Assembly: GCA_013265495.1 (NCBI GenBank)
Contig: MU058844.1
Coordinates: 688,941 to 752,940, forward strand
Source: Vicugna vicugna
Taxonomy: Eukaryota
Reading direction: 5' to 3'
DNA: 64,000 bases
How positions within the stretch are numbered: position 1 is the stretch's first letter; every line of letters starts with the position of its first letter. The position numbers were made by a program, and so were the translations under genes. The notes below the pieces were generated by a model. It saw only the letters and a list, made by a program, of their open reading frames with translations, was not told the DNA's origin and ran no database searches. This document shows, one piece after another, positions 13,165-26,570 of this stretch.

Positions 13165-13390
13165 AATATGTGACACACTGCATTGGACCCTTTCATTACT
13201 TTACATTAACTCATTTAATCCTCCCAAATACCCTCTGAGGTAACTGTGATGATTACTTTCATTTCATTATGGGGGAAACTGAGGTGGAGAAGTTAAGTAA
13301 CCTGGCCAGGGGTACGCAGCCGGAAAATGGCAGGTGGGCGGCAGATGTAGGCAGTAAGGCCCTGGAGCCTGACTCTTAAGCACTCAGCTA
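13165..13390 (-). mobile_element. MIR SINE
   Basis: 'cattaactcatttaatcctc...gggaaactgaggtggagaagttaagtaacctggccaggg'. Confidence 0.8.
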
Positions 13391-13647
13391 TTAAGACAAA
13401 ATGCACCAATATTTGGAATTCAAAACAGGTGCTAAAACGAAGTCACATTTGCTTAGGAAACTCTCTTAACAAATTGAGCAAATTAATCATGAAAAAGCAG
13501 GGTAAGGTAAACGTTCAGACCAACTAAGCATGCAAGTAACTAATGTCAAACATACATCCTATTATCTAGTCGCTAGCTGAGTACATCTACGACCTGGTTC
13601 CTAACATCATAGCAGGTTTGGAAGCACTATGTGGTTGCACTTTTAAG

Positions 13648-14700
13648 TTTATTTTTTTTTAATTGAGAAGTAATTGACATACAGCACTGTATAAGTTTAG
13701 GGTGTACCGCATAATGATTTGACTTACATACATCATGAAATGAGTACCAAAATAGGCTTAGTGAACATCCATATTTCTCATTAAATGGAAAAGAAATTTT
13801 TTCTATGCGATGACCCTTAGTGATAACTAAGTGATAACTCTCTTAACAACTTCATATATAAATACAGCAGTGTTAATTACATTTATCATGTTGTACATTA
13901 TATCCCTAGTACTTATTTATCTTATAACTGGTGGGTTTTGCTTTTTGACTGCCCTCTTCTGATTTCCCTAACCCTAACCACCCACCTCTGGTAACCACAA
14001 ATCAGATCTCTTTTCTATGAATTTGTTTTTGAAGTATAATTGACCTACAATACTATGTTAGTTCCTATTACACAACATAATGGTTCAATATTTCTAAAAT
14101 GGTCACCAGTAAGTCTAGTACCACCGGTCATCATGCAAAGATATTACATAGCTATTGACTATGTTCCCCACATTGTACATTTCATACCTGTGACTCATTT
14201 GTTTTGCAACTGGAAGTTCATACCTCTTCATTTCTCCCACCTAGTTCACTCACTCTCCACCCCCAGCAACGACCTGTTTGTTTTCTGTGTCTATGACTCT
14301 GTTTCTGTTTAGTTAAGTCTGTTTCTTTGTTTTATTTGTTAGATTCCACAAATAAGTGAAATCGTATGGTATTTGCCTTTCTCTGTCTGACTTATTTCAG
14401 TTAGCATAATACTCTTTAGGTCCATCCATGTCACAAATGGCAAGATTTCATTCTTTTTTATGACAATATTTCATTGTATACATACCACATCTTCTTTATC
14501 CATTCATCTATTGATGGACAGGTAGGTAGGTTGCTTCCATATATTGGCTATTATAAATAACGCTTCAATGAACATGGGGGTGTGTATATCTTTCCAAATT
14601 AGTGTTTTTGTTTTATTTGGATAAATACCCAGGAGCGGAATTCTGGATTGTCTGGTAGTTCCATTTTTAATTTTTGGAGGAATCTCCATACTGTTTTTCA
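13648..14700 (-). mobile_element. L1 3' region (end of ORF2 and 3'UTR), possibly composite
   Basis: T-rich start; antisense translation 'IPLLGIYPNKTKTLIWKDIHTPMFIEALFIIANIWKQP' is L1 ORF2 C-terminus. Confidence 0.9.
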
Positions 14701-14716
14701 CTGCTGTTGTATTTTT

Positions 14717-14810
14717 GTTGTTGCTATTGTTGATGGAAGTACTAGGGATTGAACCTAGGATCTCGTGCATGCTAAGCACATGCTCTACCACTGTGCCACA
14801 CCCATCCCCT
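14717..14810 (-). mobile_element. tRNA-derived SINE (short vic-1-like copy)
   Basis: Reverse complement 'ggggatgggtgtggcacagtggtagagcatgtgcttagcatgcacgagatcctaggttcaatccctagtac'; degenerate TSD 'ctgttg(t/c)atttttg'. Confidence 0.85.
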
Positions 14811-15746
14811 CTGTACTGTTGCATTTTTGAAAACACAGTCTATGCATTGCATTTGTGCTCATTCAAATTAGCATTTCTATTATTAGTCTGACCTACAGAC
14901 GCTTCCTATCCATTCTACACTTGCCTTTGTTATCAGATAGTAATGATATCTTGGGATTACGAAGAATTTTCTTCTAAGGACCTTGGATTATTTAATTTAT
15001 GGTGTATCAGAACAGTTAAGAGTATATGGACCTCTTCTCTTTCTGTCAGAGATGGGGGAATTGCGTGGGGGTGTTTTAGACGCCCTGCAGTGAAACTGTC
15101 AGAGGAAAGAAGCAGGGAACTGCCCTGTCTTTGGGGTGCTTCTCAGTGGAGGGAGCAGAGGGAACATCGTTCATGAGTCAGATGGGCGTCTGGTCATGTT
15201 ATCTTCTGCTCCGTACGGTGAAACTCAGCCACTATCTATAGATTCTATAACAAGTACAAACACTCAAGGAATTCCTCTGGGCTTTGCATGTTCTGATGCT
15301 GAAGAGATGTAGTCCCCTTACTAGAAAAGTTTACTAACTCAGTGGAGGTTATGCATAGTAAGTGAACAGAGACCTCTGAGTCTCCATAAAACATTGCATT
15401 TTCATGTGATACACCGCCCAGGAAAACCCTGTGCATTTGCAAGGGGTAGCTTCTTCCTGAAGATGTGCCGCTTGCGGAGAACTGATTTCTTAAGATTCCT
15501 TGAGGGCATGCAAATAAAGAGCCAGCTAGAATCATAACAAAGAAAAGGAGCCCTCATTTTCCCCCCTTTTGTCTATTTCCGCAAGTGCAAATTCCACCAA
15601 CAATTTTAGTAGTTTACTAGTTCCTGAATTACAGGAAAGCTAAAAGCCATTGATTCTGCTTATTGCTTATAAAAAGCAATAAAAATTGAGGGGTGTCAAA
15701 ACTTTCTAGCTACATTTGTCTTGTTCTTCCAAATAAATTAAAAAGG

Positions 15747-15781
<35 letters not shown>
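15747..15781. repeat. (AAT)n microsatellite, probably an expanded MIR tail
   Basis: Read directly; followed by degenerate antisense MIR-like sequence. Confidence 0.9.
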
Positions 15782-15782
<1 letters not shown>

Positions 15783-16307
15783 TATGTTATTGCTTATTGA
15801 GTCCTTGTGATGTGGCAGACACAACAGAACCATGATCTCATTTACTCCTTACCACAACCACAAGAAGTGGCAATTTGGACTTAGAACCGAGACCACCTGT
15901 ATCAGTATGATTTGGTTATTTGTTCCATGAAAACTTTGCCTGGGAGAGATAAGACTGTAAACCAATAAATGACTTCTCTGTTTGCTTCAGGAAATTCCTG
16001 CAGATCAGTTTATCTGAGATAACAATCTGCTAATCCTGAGCAAACTTCTTGTTCTCATCAAACCAGTTACCATCAAGATTTGCCTTCATGATTGTGCGGA
16101 GAATAATGAACTTAATGTGAACCAGCAGTATTCTGGTTGTAATCCTCAGCAACATTAGGTGATAGGTAGTATTATTACTCCATTTTGTAGGTAGACAATT
16201 GAGGGAAAAAGGGATGAAATGATTTACCCAAGGATAGCAGGAATGAATCTGGATTGTAGAATCTGTTGTGCTTAGGGATGAACCTAATTCAGAATCCTCA
16301 AATTGAA

Positions 16308-16513
16308 TTTTTAAAAATTAATTGACTTTATTTTTTAGAGCAGTTTTAGGTTTATAGAAAAAGTACAAACTAGAGTTCCCAAATACCACTCTGTCTCCAC
16401 CCCCAACCTGCTCCTCCCTCTCTGCCCAAACCCCTACAGTTTCCACTATTATTGACAACTTGCATTAGTGTGGTACATTTATCACAACCGATAAACCAAT
16501 ATTGATATGTTGT
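16308..16513 (-). mobile_element. Old L1M 3' end running into the gap
   Basis: 'gactttattttttagagcagttttaggttt...cattagtgtggtacatttatcacaaccgataaaccaatattgata'. Confidence 0.8.
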
Positions 16514-17198
16514 NNNNNNNNNNNNNNNNNNNNNNNNNNNNNNNNNNNNNNNNNNNNNNNNNNNNNNNNNNNNNNNNNNNNNNNNNNNNNNNNNNNNNNN
16601 NNNNNNNNNNNNNNNNNNNNNNNNNNNNNNNNNNNNNNNNNNNNNNNNNNNNNNNNNNNNNNNNNNNNNNNNNNNNNNNNNNNNNNNNNNNNNNNNNNNN
16701 NNNNNNNNNNNNNNNNNNNNNNNNNNNNNNNNNNNNNNNNNNNNNNNNNNNNNNNNNNNNNNNNNNNNNNNNNNNNNNNNNNNNNNNNNNNNNNNNNNNN
16801 NNNNNNNNNNNNNNNNNNNNNNNNNNNNNNNNNNNNNNNNNNNNNNNNNNNNNNNNNNNNNNNNNNNNNNNNNNNNNNNNNNNNNNNNNNNNNNNNNNNN
16901 NNNNNNNNNNNNNNNNNNNNNNNNNNNNNNNNNNNNNNNNNNNNNNNNNNNNNNNNNNNNNNNNNNNNNNNNNNNNNNNNNNNNNNNNNNNNNNNNNNNN
17001 NNNNNNNNNNNNNNNNNNNNNNNNNNNNNNNNNNNNNNNNNNNNNNNNNNNNNNNNNNNNNNNNNNNNNNNNNNNNNNNNNNNNNNNNNNNNNNNNNNNN
17101 NNNNNNNNNNNNNNNNNNNNNNNNNNNNNNNNNNNNNNNNNNNNNNNNNNNNNNNNNNNNNNNNNNNNNNNNNNNNNNNNNNNNNNNNNNNNNNNNNN
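16514..17198. other. Assembly gap (685 N)
   Basis: Run of N; followed by an A-rich tract at 17199-17256. Confidence 1.
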
Positions 17199-17460
17199 AA
17201 AAAAAACAAAAAACAAAAAAAAAAAAACCAAGAAAAAATAAAGAAAAAAAAAAAAAATTCCAAACAATGGTCAAGTTTACAGTCCCATGAAAGACAGTCA
17301 CCATGTGCCCTTGTGAATGAAAGTAGCCACAAAAATTTAACACTCAATTTCAAACTAAATTCCAGCACTGGTGACTCACCAACAAATAAACATAGGAAGA
17401 GCCAGGAGAACTAAACTTACAACTGGTGTGACTTTTAAACTATTAGTAAATTATTCAGCT

Positions 17461-18533
17461 TGTATATTCATTTCCTAGGGCAGCCGTAACAAATTACCAC
17501 AAAGTTGGTGACTTAAAACATTTATTCTCTCACAGTTCTGAAGGCCATAAGTCCAAAATCAAGGTGTCAGCAGTGCCATGCTCCCTCTGGAGGTTCTAAA
17601 GGACAGTCTGTTACATGCCTCTCTCCTAGCTTCTGGTGGCTCCTGGCAACCCTTAGCATTCCGTGTCTTGCGGCTCATAATTCCAATCTCTGTTTCTTCA
17701 CGTGCTTCCTTTCTGCATCTTCTTCTTTTCTCTCTCTTATAAGGACACTTAATATTGAATTTAAGGTTCACTCTAATCCAAGATGATCTCATCTTGTTGC
17801 CATATGATCCAGCAATCCCACTCCTGGGCATGTATCTGGAGGGAACTCTAATTCAAAAAGGTACATGTACTCCAATGTTCATAGCAGCACTATTTACAAT
17901 AGCCAAGACATGGAAGCAACCTAAATGTCCACTGACAGATGACTGGATAAAGAAGATATAGTATATTTATACAATGGAATACTACTCAGTGATAAAAAAG
18001 AATGAAATAATGCCATTTGCAGCAACATGGATGGACCCAGAGAAAGACAAATATATGATATCACTTATATGTGGAATCTAAAATATGATACAAGTGAACT
18101 TATTTACAAAGCAGAGACTCACACAGAAAACAATCTTATGGTTACCAAAGGGGAAAGGGCAGGGGAGGGATAAATTAGAAGTCTGGGATTAGCAGATACA
18201 AACTACTATATATAAAATAGATGACAGGGTCCTACTGTATAGCATAGGGAATCATATTCAATATCCTATAATAAACCATAATGGAAAAAATATGAAATGG
18301 AAATGGAAAACAATATGAAAAAGAATATATATGTATAACTGAATTACTTTGCTATATACCAGAAACTAACACAACATTGTAAATTAACTATACTTCAATT
18401 AAAAAAAAAAGATGATCTCATCTTGAGACTCTTATCTATTACATCTGCAAAGACCCTTGTTCCAAATAAGGCCATGTTTTGAGGTTCCAAGTAGACCTAT
18501 GCTTTGGGGGACACAATTCAACCCACTTATAAC
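17461..18533 (-). mobile_element. MLT1B/C-like MaLR solo LTR interrupted by an L1
   Basis: Starts 'tgtatattcatttcctagggcagccgtaacaaattaccacaaa', resumes after the L1 and ends 'gggggacacaattcaaccc'. Confidence 0.85.
17797..18408 (+). mobile_element. 5'-truncated L1 nested in MLT1
   Basis: 'LPYDPAIPLLGMY...[22 protein letters not shown]', 3'UTR and A tail; perfect 17-bp TSD aagatgatctcatcttg (17780-17796, 18409-18425). Confidence 0.95.
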
Positions 18534-19094
18534 TGGTAACATTTGTTACTGACCCTATGTTATTATCAACATTACTATGTTTAAAATAAATCCAACAAAA
18601 AATAATACAAAGAATAATGTAACAATATCTCTTTTTAAAAATATGCAGTTTTTGAAAAGAATTGCTATTAAAGCATTTTCTATGGGGTATTCCAATGATC
18701 ATATGATATTTGATTATGGAAATATATATATGGAATTTTACAACCTCTTATTCATATCATTGATTGTGAACAGATTATTTTTCAGAAATGAGTCAAATGT
18801 TCATCTAGAGCCTTCAGTGTTCCAGGCACTGGGGAGTTTCCTCAAAGCTAGCAGTATTGTCAAGGCTCTTGCCTTCTCCAGTTTGCATAAAAGGGAAAAG
18901 TGAGAAGGAAGATGATGGAATGGTACCTTGATGACCAGTCCCAACTTAAAATCATGAGTGGAAGGACATCGTAAGGCTCAAAATATGATTCCTGCAGATG
19001 TTAACAAAATCATTTATAACAACTTTACTGTGTTTTCTTCCTTTCTTATCTCCACATTAACAGTATAACAGGCTAATTTCTGAACCACAGAATT

Positions 19095-19290
19095 TAGTCC
19101 ACTGGAATTTTTGACACTGTTTTGACCCTGTAGAAAAATACATTTTACATTGTGATCCAGTATATGTATTACTGAACTCAAAGTTTCGCAAAACAGTATT
19201 TACTCTTAGAACCACAATGCTTTCTGATATTTTCTATTCCATTGTATTTCACTAGTGAGCGAAATTCAGAACTCACTAATGGGTAACCAC
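19095..19290. mobile_element. Old hAT-Charlie-type MITE
   Basis: 'aaatacattttacattgtgatccagta...ctgatattttctattc...cactaatgggtaaccacagttt'. Confidence 0.5.
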
Positions 19291-19844
19291 AGTTTATTAA
19301 ATAACATTACCCTCTCCTCTCCATACCTACACAATGCACACATATTGACAAGATTTCATAATGTGTGGCATTCTTGCATTTTGTGCAGTAAATATTTAGA
19401 CATAGTCTCACTTATATGACTTTGGTAGAAACGATATTTCTGGGGACTTTAAAGACACAGTTAAATGGTTGGAATAAAAACCACATTAGTTGATTTTACA
19501 TTGAACACATTTTTTTCCTACATATATTAAAGCCTTTACAGCATTAATAAATTAAGCTCTGCATCTGATCCCTTTCCTCCGTAGACCATTTTTTGTTCCT
19601 GCCTCATAGGAGCTTCAGCTTGCTCACAGCTTTGTGTTGCCGTGGCACTGACTCTTGCTGCCTCTGCATGATCTTACAGTTCTTGAGCTCTCTGCTGGTT
19701 CAGTCACTCAGCTTCTCAGCAGAGAGCTTCTGGGAGGTTCAGCATAGTCAGCGGCTCACATCTGGTCCAGCCAGCAGTGAACTGATCGAGGGGCTCATGT
19801 TGGACCCGTGGTAACCTTTCTACAGATCTCTAAGAGGGTAGGTA

Positions 19845-20280
19845 GCAGTCAGGGTCCCAGCAGTAGGAGATGATGCATTGAAATTGGGGAAGATTTTAAT
19901 AAAAAGGTGATTTATAAAGGTCCAAGCAGGGTGTAAGAAAAACACAAGAAATCCCAAGAGAGGTTAGTACAGTGTCTTTGGGTTAGTAATCATGGGGCAT
20001 CATTACCTTGATGAGCCCAAAGGGGCAGCAGGAGGGAGACTTTACAGAACTTGGGAGAAGAGGGAGCTGGGTGGAGAGGTCTATGACCTTTGTTCGAGTG
20101 ACGTCACAGGGAGAGCCCTCAGCCTCACTCTTTCCTTATTCCAGTTTCCTGCTGGTTCTCCCCATGTCATAAACCCAAAAGGACTGGAAGCCAGAGGGCA
20201 AGAAGGAGCACGCTGCTGTGGGTCAGGATCCAGAAGCAGAGCAGGGATCTAGAAGAGCAAATGCAAAGTATCTCAAAGCA
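19845..20280. mobile_element. LTR33-like ERVL solo LTR
   Basis: 'agtcagggtcccagcag...tttaataaaaaggtgatttataaagg...gcagggtgta'; related to 51675-52150 in the opposite orientation. Confidence 0.6.
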
Positions 20281-20521
20281 TACGAGGTAGGGACAAGGAG
20301 GGAATGATTGGCATCTCAAGTGCAGGGAGAGGTCAGGAAAGTTTCTAGAGATAGTGGCATCTTCAGCTTTATGTACTGCTGCTAAAGATTTAGGGACCCC
20401 TGGTGCCAGGCACCATTCTAAGAGTGTCATCTGTTTTAACTCAATAGCTACGAAAATAGCCCTCTAAGGTGGACTTTATTGTCATCCTCATTTTGGAGGT
20501 GGGGATGGTAGTGAGGAGTAC

Positions 20522-21335
20522 TTTTTATTGAAATCTAACATATGTATAGAAAAGTGCACACATAAGGGAGAGCTCGATAATTTTCACAAAGGCAACTCAC
20601 TCAGGTCACCAATCTCCAGATCAAGAAACAGAACATTACCAGCTCCCACCCCAGAAGTCTCCTTGCAGTCCCCACCACCCTCCGTGGTAATCACAATCCT
20701 GGTTTCCAACACCAGGAATGATTTCTGCCTGTTTTTGAACTTTATGTATTGGCATCATACAGCACTAATTCTTCTGTGTGATCTCTTTGCTCAATATTGT
20801 GTTTGCAGCAATAACCTTATTTTTTTTATTGTAGTAAAATATACATAACATAAAATTTATCATTTTAACCATTTTCCAGCTTTATTGAGGTATAATTGAC
20901 AAAAACTGTATATATTTTAGGTGTACATCTAGATATTTTGATATACATATACATTGTGAAATAATCACCACAATCAAGCTAATTAATGTGCTCCATCACC
21001 TCACATAGTTATCATTTTCTCTTTTCTTTTTTCATTTTAATTGTTTTTGAGTATACAATTCAATGGCATTAAGTACATTCACAGTGTGTGCAACCATCAT
21101 CTCTATCCATCTCCATAATTTTTTCATCATCCCATCTATGCATTAAACTGTAACCCCCTATTCTCTTCTCCTTCCAAACCATGAAGAAAGCTCTATTCTA
21201 CTTTCTGTCTCTGTGAATTTGCCTGTTCTAGGTTCTATGAATTTGCTTGTTCTAGGTACCTCCTATAAGTGAAATCCTACAATATTGGTCCTCTTATGTC
21301 TAGATTTTTTCACTTAGCACAGTGTTTTCCAGTTT
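20522..21335 (-). mobile_element. Stack of nested antisense L1M 3' ends splitting a MIR (halves ~20395-20500 and ~21345-21460)
   Basis: Three separate L1 3'-terminal starts: 'ttttattgaaatctaaca', 'ttttattgtagtaaaatatacataaca', 'tttattgaggtataattgaca'. Confidence 0.8.
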
Positions 21336-22539
21336 CAAATTGTGATCTTCATTTTGCTGTTGAGGAAACTGAGGTGCAAAATCATTAAGGAAGCAAGTAG
21401 TGAACTCAGGATATGAACCCAGGCAATCTGGCTGCTCCGGAGCCCGAATACTCAGTGCTTCGTTAGGCTGTTGTTTATCAATAGGTCTTGTTTTCATAAA
21501 GTCAATGCTAGGTATTTAAATCATTGGCTAGCTGGATGGCTCTGACTACTTCTCAGAGTCTACCCACACAAAATAAAATGACTTGAAGCATCCACATTTT
21601 CTGTCCTGTGTTGCAAAAGGAAGAGTTTCCCTTTGTTTCCTGTGTCTGGTTAAAAGGGCAAACTTTTCCTTCAAATCACAGACTCCTAGTCAACTGTGTC
21701 TGCAGTCCCTGCCGTTTGCCAATTTCTGGGGTTCCTCTGCTCTCATCCCTGAGTCTGGCTTCCCACTCCAGAGCTGCCATTTGGTTGTCTCAATGCCCTA
21801 TTGGGTAGAACTCATCATCCCACCACTCGTAACTGCATACAGTTTGCTCAAATTATCAGTTTGGTGCAGAGCCTGCTGTTGACATGGGAACCAGATCAAT
21901 CCCTTTTGAAGCTAAAAAGCCCAGTCTGGGTACTGTTAGGAATAGGGGAGCCCGGTTGGCAGACACCAATCTGTCTCATCCAAAGTGAATTCAGGGGCCA
22001 ACAGAGCTCGAGTCCAAGCTCCTCCCTGTCTATGAACAGTCAGACCACAGAGAGCTCATGCGTATTTACAAACAGTCCGCACATGTCTGACTTTTCCTTG
22101 CCAAACCCCCTGAATTCCCGCATCTCATAGTGCTGGATGCCAAGAAAAGGAAGGTAGCTATAACCATCTTAGATGACATGACTCAGCATGCAAGAGAGCT
22201 CTCCAGCAAAGATGTGCTGTCCTTTGAATGCAGGAAAAATGCGGCAACGCTGTGTCATAAGTGCATTTTAAAATTTGGGAATGTTCAAACCTAAGGCCCC
22301 CTAAGTACCTATCACTCAGTTAAAAAAATTGTCAATATTCTGCCAACAAATTTTCTTTCTGCAATACAGTGAATTACATGATCTTTCTGGTCCCACTTGT
22401 CATCAAAGACAAGTGACAATCTAACCAAAATGCTGGCTCCTCCTCCCCTATTGGATCTTCATTACAGTGTTTTGTGGCTCAGTCCTCCTCTCTCTGCCCT
22501 CCTGCTATGTGATCTCATCCAGGCATGGGATTTTAAATG

Positions 22540-23080
22540 GCACTTGTACTTGTCAGAAATCACTTCACTGCAATAGCAGAAACTCAACTATCTGAGGTAA
22601 AAATGGGAATTTATTGATTCACATGATCGTGAAATTAATTTCCAGAATGACAGCATCAAGGGACTCAATGGTGCCTCAGCACATTGTCCATCTCCCTTGG
22701 TCACCTGAATCTGTTTTCTGCTGTGTGTTGACCTCATTTGCATCAGGCTATGTCCTCGTGGTGGTTGAAAAAAAAAAAAGATAGCTCTAAGCTTGCATTG
22801 TACCAGTTTAGCAATCATGCCAGAAAGAGGACAGGATTTTTGTTCCTGATTGTTTCATCAAAAGTCCTTTGGCTTATTCTTATTGAATTGACCTAATTCA
22901 CTTGAGCATCCCTTAAGAATCACTGTGACCAGGTGGATGACATATGCTGACTGACCAAGCCTAAGATTCCTGCTTGCTACTTGGCCAGAGGAGGGCTTGG
23001 CACTTTGATTAATAGCCCCATCAAGATTATTAACCAGGAAAGAGAAATATTTCCCCAAAAGAAAATCAGGATGCTTCTAA
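22540..23080 (-). mobile_element. Old MLT1 (J/K-like) LTR
   Basis: 'gcaatagcagaaactcaact...gggaatttattgattcacatga...aatcactgtgaccagg...atgctgactgaccaagcct'. Confidence 0.6.
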
Positions 23081-23096
23081 CAAAATACGTGGGACA

Positions 23097-23135
23097 GACA
23101 CAACATTGCAAACTGACTATAACTCAATTAAAAAA
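23097..23135 (+). mobile_element. Ultra-short L1 3' terminus
   Basis: 'gacacaacattgcaaactgactataactcaatt' plus A tail between near-identical 15-bp TSDs (aaaatacgtgggaca / aaaagacatgggaca). Confidence 0.8.
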
Positions 23136-23659
23136 AAAAGACATGGGACATTATGCTAGATACCACTATGCCAGCTACATGTCGATAACTCCCAAGTGTA
23201 TTTCTCCCCACCCTAGGCCTCAACCCTGAACTCCAGGTGCAAACACCCACCAGCCCCCTTGACACATCTCACATATCCCAAAATGTATCTCCTGGGTGAG
23301 AGCACCCTGCACCCACTCTATCTCTACCCTGTACTCCTATTGGTTACAAGCAAAAGAGTTGGCAGAGGGAATGTACTGGAAGGCTAAAGGACTCAGAATT
23401 AATTGGAGGTTGGAGTCCTGGGCTTGGGAACTGGGAATCACAGCAACTGCCTCATGAAGGAAAAATCTGTTAGGAGGCTACCCTTGGAGGGTCTGAGTTT
23501 CTTCCTTCTCCTCAAGATTCACATTATAGGGAAGGAATATCTAATTGGACTACCAACTATCTAATTGGCTTGACTGTAACCCATAATAGGGAGATGTTCC
23601 CCAATAAGAAACAGGGGTGCTGTTAGGGAAATGGATGCTAGCCATTCAAATACCCAGCA

Positions 23660-24780
23660 TGTATCTCTGCCACACCCTTTTTTTTTAACCATCTCAATAA
23701 AACTGAATTTCTCCCCTCCCCTCACTCCTACATCCAAGTCACCAGTAAGCCCTATAGCTCTGCTTTGAAAAGCTATCCCAAAGATGTCTATTTCTGTCTT
23801 TCTTCACTGCCACCTCCCTCATCTGCACTATCAGTCTATTTCCCCATAATGGCCTCCAGCTGATCTCTCTGCCTCCCCTTTTGTTCCATGCAGCTGTCAT
23901 TATGATCAACTTGAAATATAAAACAGGTCCTGCCACCACCCCCTACTACTTAAAGCCCTTCAGTGATATGTCATCACTTTTAGAATAACATCCAAACCCC
24001 CGATCATAGGATGGCTGTGTAGCAGAGTGGCTCTGAACTCAGATTCTGGAGCCAGATTGCCTGGCTTCAAACTTAAGCCCCACCCCTTGCCACCCGGATC
24101 TCCTTGGGAAAGTAACATAACCTCTCTGGGCCACAATTTCCTCACTTGTGAAGTGAGGATAATAATAGTGCTTCATTACAGGAGTGTTGTGACTATACAT
24201 ATAAATTGTTTGAATAATATCTAACATATATAAGTGCTCCATGAACACTAGCTGTCATCATTACAAGACCCATCTGATGTGGTTCCTGACCTCCTCTCTG
24301 ATTCTCCTCTCCCTTCTCCCTCTATTCTCCATCCTTTGTCCCTCCTCATCCTTTGTCACGGTGGCCCCACCTGACTGACATCCTGATTTTCTTAGAACAT
24401 TCCAATTTGTTTTACTTGAAGGCCTTTGCGTTTGCTGTTCCACCTGCCCACATGTTCTTCCACCAGATTTCACATGCTGGTACCTCCTCAACTTCATGTT
24501 GCAGCTTCGACGTCACCTTTTCCAGTGAGGCCTCATGCAATCTAAAGTCCCCCCTGACTCCCTGCCTGGTTACTCTGCCCCATCCCTCCGTTGATACACT
24601 TGGGTGCAGTTATAACATTGAAGTGATGCAGCTTATTTCTTTTTCTATATACTACCAGTATCTTTCTCTAGAATTTGATTTCCATGAGAGCAGGAATGTT
24701 GGCAGTCTTGTTCACAGCCCTTAAAAATATGCTTGGTACCGAATAAGCACTCAACAAACACTTGTTGAATAAATGAATGG
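23660..24780 (+). mobile_element. L2 3' region with nested MIR (~24020-24260)
   Basis: L2 motifs 'ccataatggcctccagctgatctctctgcctcc', 'ggcctttgcgtttgctgttcc' and terminus 'cactcaacaaacacttgttgaataaatgaat'. Confidence 0.8.
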
Positions 24781-25649
24781 AGGCTGACTGAAGCAATGAC
24801 TTGTTTGCTAAGTCAATAGGATTGACTTTTATCAATGAAGCACACACACTTCTACTCCAAGTGTTCCCAGCTGTGTACATTTAGCTGTCACTATTATGAG
24901 GACGACTGGGGTGGTAACTCCCTGAAATAAATCCTTTCCCAGATACAGTCCTACTTGCTTTAGGTTTCAGTGGACTCAGGTTTTGCTGTTCGAGGCAGCT
25001 GTGAGGCCAGGGAGGCATGATGGACTTGGAGTCTGGAATCTCGGCCTCCCTGGCAGGATCTGCTACTCAGTAGCCATATAACTGTGAAGTCACCACTTCC
25101 TTGTAGTTGGTAGCATCCCAGTGTATCACTGAAGAACCATATAGGTCATGACTTTTAAGTGCTAAAAATGTTTAAGATTGCAAAAAGTCATAATAAGTGA
25201 AAATTTGGATAATTATCTCCACCTTACAAATGGAGATCCTTGTCAGCCGTGGTTGGAAGATGGTACTAGGAAAGGTCCCTTGAGGGTTGGATCAAGTCTG
25301 ACTTCTTTTGGCCTGAACTAATCATTTTGATTCAGCAAATTTTGTCTGGTATTGTCATTTCCACTCTTTTTTAAAGTCCAGGTTCCTTAAAGGAAGGAAC
25401 AAATCTAAGGGTCCAGAAGTTATATATTATTTTGTTGTTGTTTATCTAGAGCTTATAAGTGAAGCTAGTTCATGGTTACTGTTCACACACAGCTCTCACT
25501 CCTCTGGCACCCACTTGAGGGAAAAGATAACACTGGTAGAATTGTCAACTCGTAGACTTTTTACAAAGGGAAAATTAGGCATAAATAGGTATTGCATTGC
25601 TATCCAATGCAAATGAAAGGCAAGATGATTATAAAGGTTGTGTAAGATC

Positions 25650-26570
25650 CCTCATCACACATTTATTGTGTGTCAAGTACCATTCTAGGCAATGGGGATA
25701 CAGCAGTGAGCAAAATCCTAGCTTTGAGGAACTTACATTCTAGGAAAGAGAGACATATGTTAAAGAAAGAAAATAAGTAACAGATATAGCATATGGGCTT
25801 CGGGAAACAAACACAGAAGGAGAGGGGGCTAGGAGTGAGTAGGGGAGAGTTTTACCATTTTAAGTGGAGTAGCTCGGAAAGCCTCACCCAGGTAATGTTT
25901 GAGAAACGACCTGATAGGATGAGATCTGGGGGACAAGCATTCTAGGCAAAAGGAACAGCCAATGCAAAGGCCTTGAGGTGGGAACATGCTTGGAATGCTC
26001 AAGAGAAAGCAAATGGTCTGTGAGGCTGAAACAGAGTGAGCAAAGGGATAGTATCAGAGAGGGAAAGTGGTTTTGATGTGGGGCTTGTAGCCCTGTAGGA
26101 AGCACAGCGCCTTTACTCCAAGTAGAATGGGAAGCTGTTGGCTGGTTTAGAGCAGTGGCATGTCATGATTTGACTCGCATGTTAAAAAGATCCCTCTGGC
26201 TGCGGCACTAAAAACAGATTATAAAATGTGGAGACCATTGCAATAATCTGAATGAGGCATGAGGGTGGACTGGACCAAGCTGGTGGCAGTAGAGGCGGAG
26301 AGAAGTAGAGATGTTCTGGGTTACATTTTGAAAGTAGAGCCAACAGGATTTCTTGACAGGTTGGGTATAGAATATGAGAGCAATAGAGGAGTCAAATATG
26401 ACTCCGAGGCTTTTGGCTTGAGCTGCTGGAAGGATGGTGCTGCCATCGCCTGGAACTGGGAAGACTGTGGGTGGGACAGGAATTTGGGGAGGAAGAACAG
26501 GAGCTCAGTTTGGGGTGAGTTTGAGGTGCTTTTTAGACATCCAGGTGAGGATGTTGGGTGGACAACTGAC
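25650..26570 (-). mobile_element. L2 3' region
   Basis: 'aggaacagccaatgcaaaggccttgaggtgggaacatgcttgg', 'ttttgaaagtagagccaacaggattt', 'ttttagacatccaggtgaggatg'. Confidence 0.85.

Noticed and set aside
16370..17368. Five long ORFs (244-332 aa)
   Set aside because: They only span the N gap; artefacts.
17755..17961. ORF with recognisable protein motifs (also 6940-7191, 14504-14836, 49699-49932)
   Set aside because: L1 ORF2 C-terminal fragments of truncated elements.
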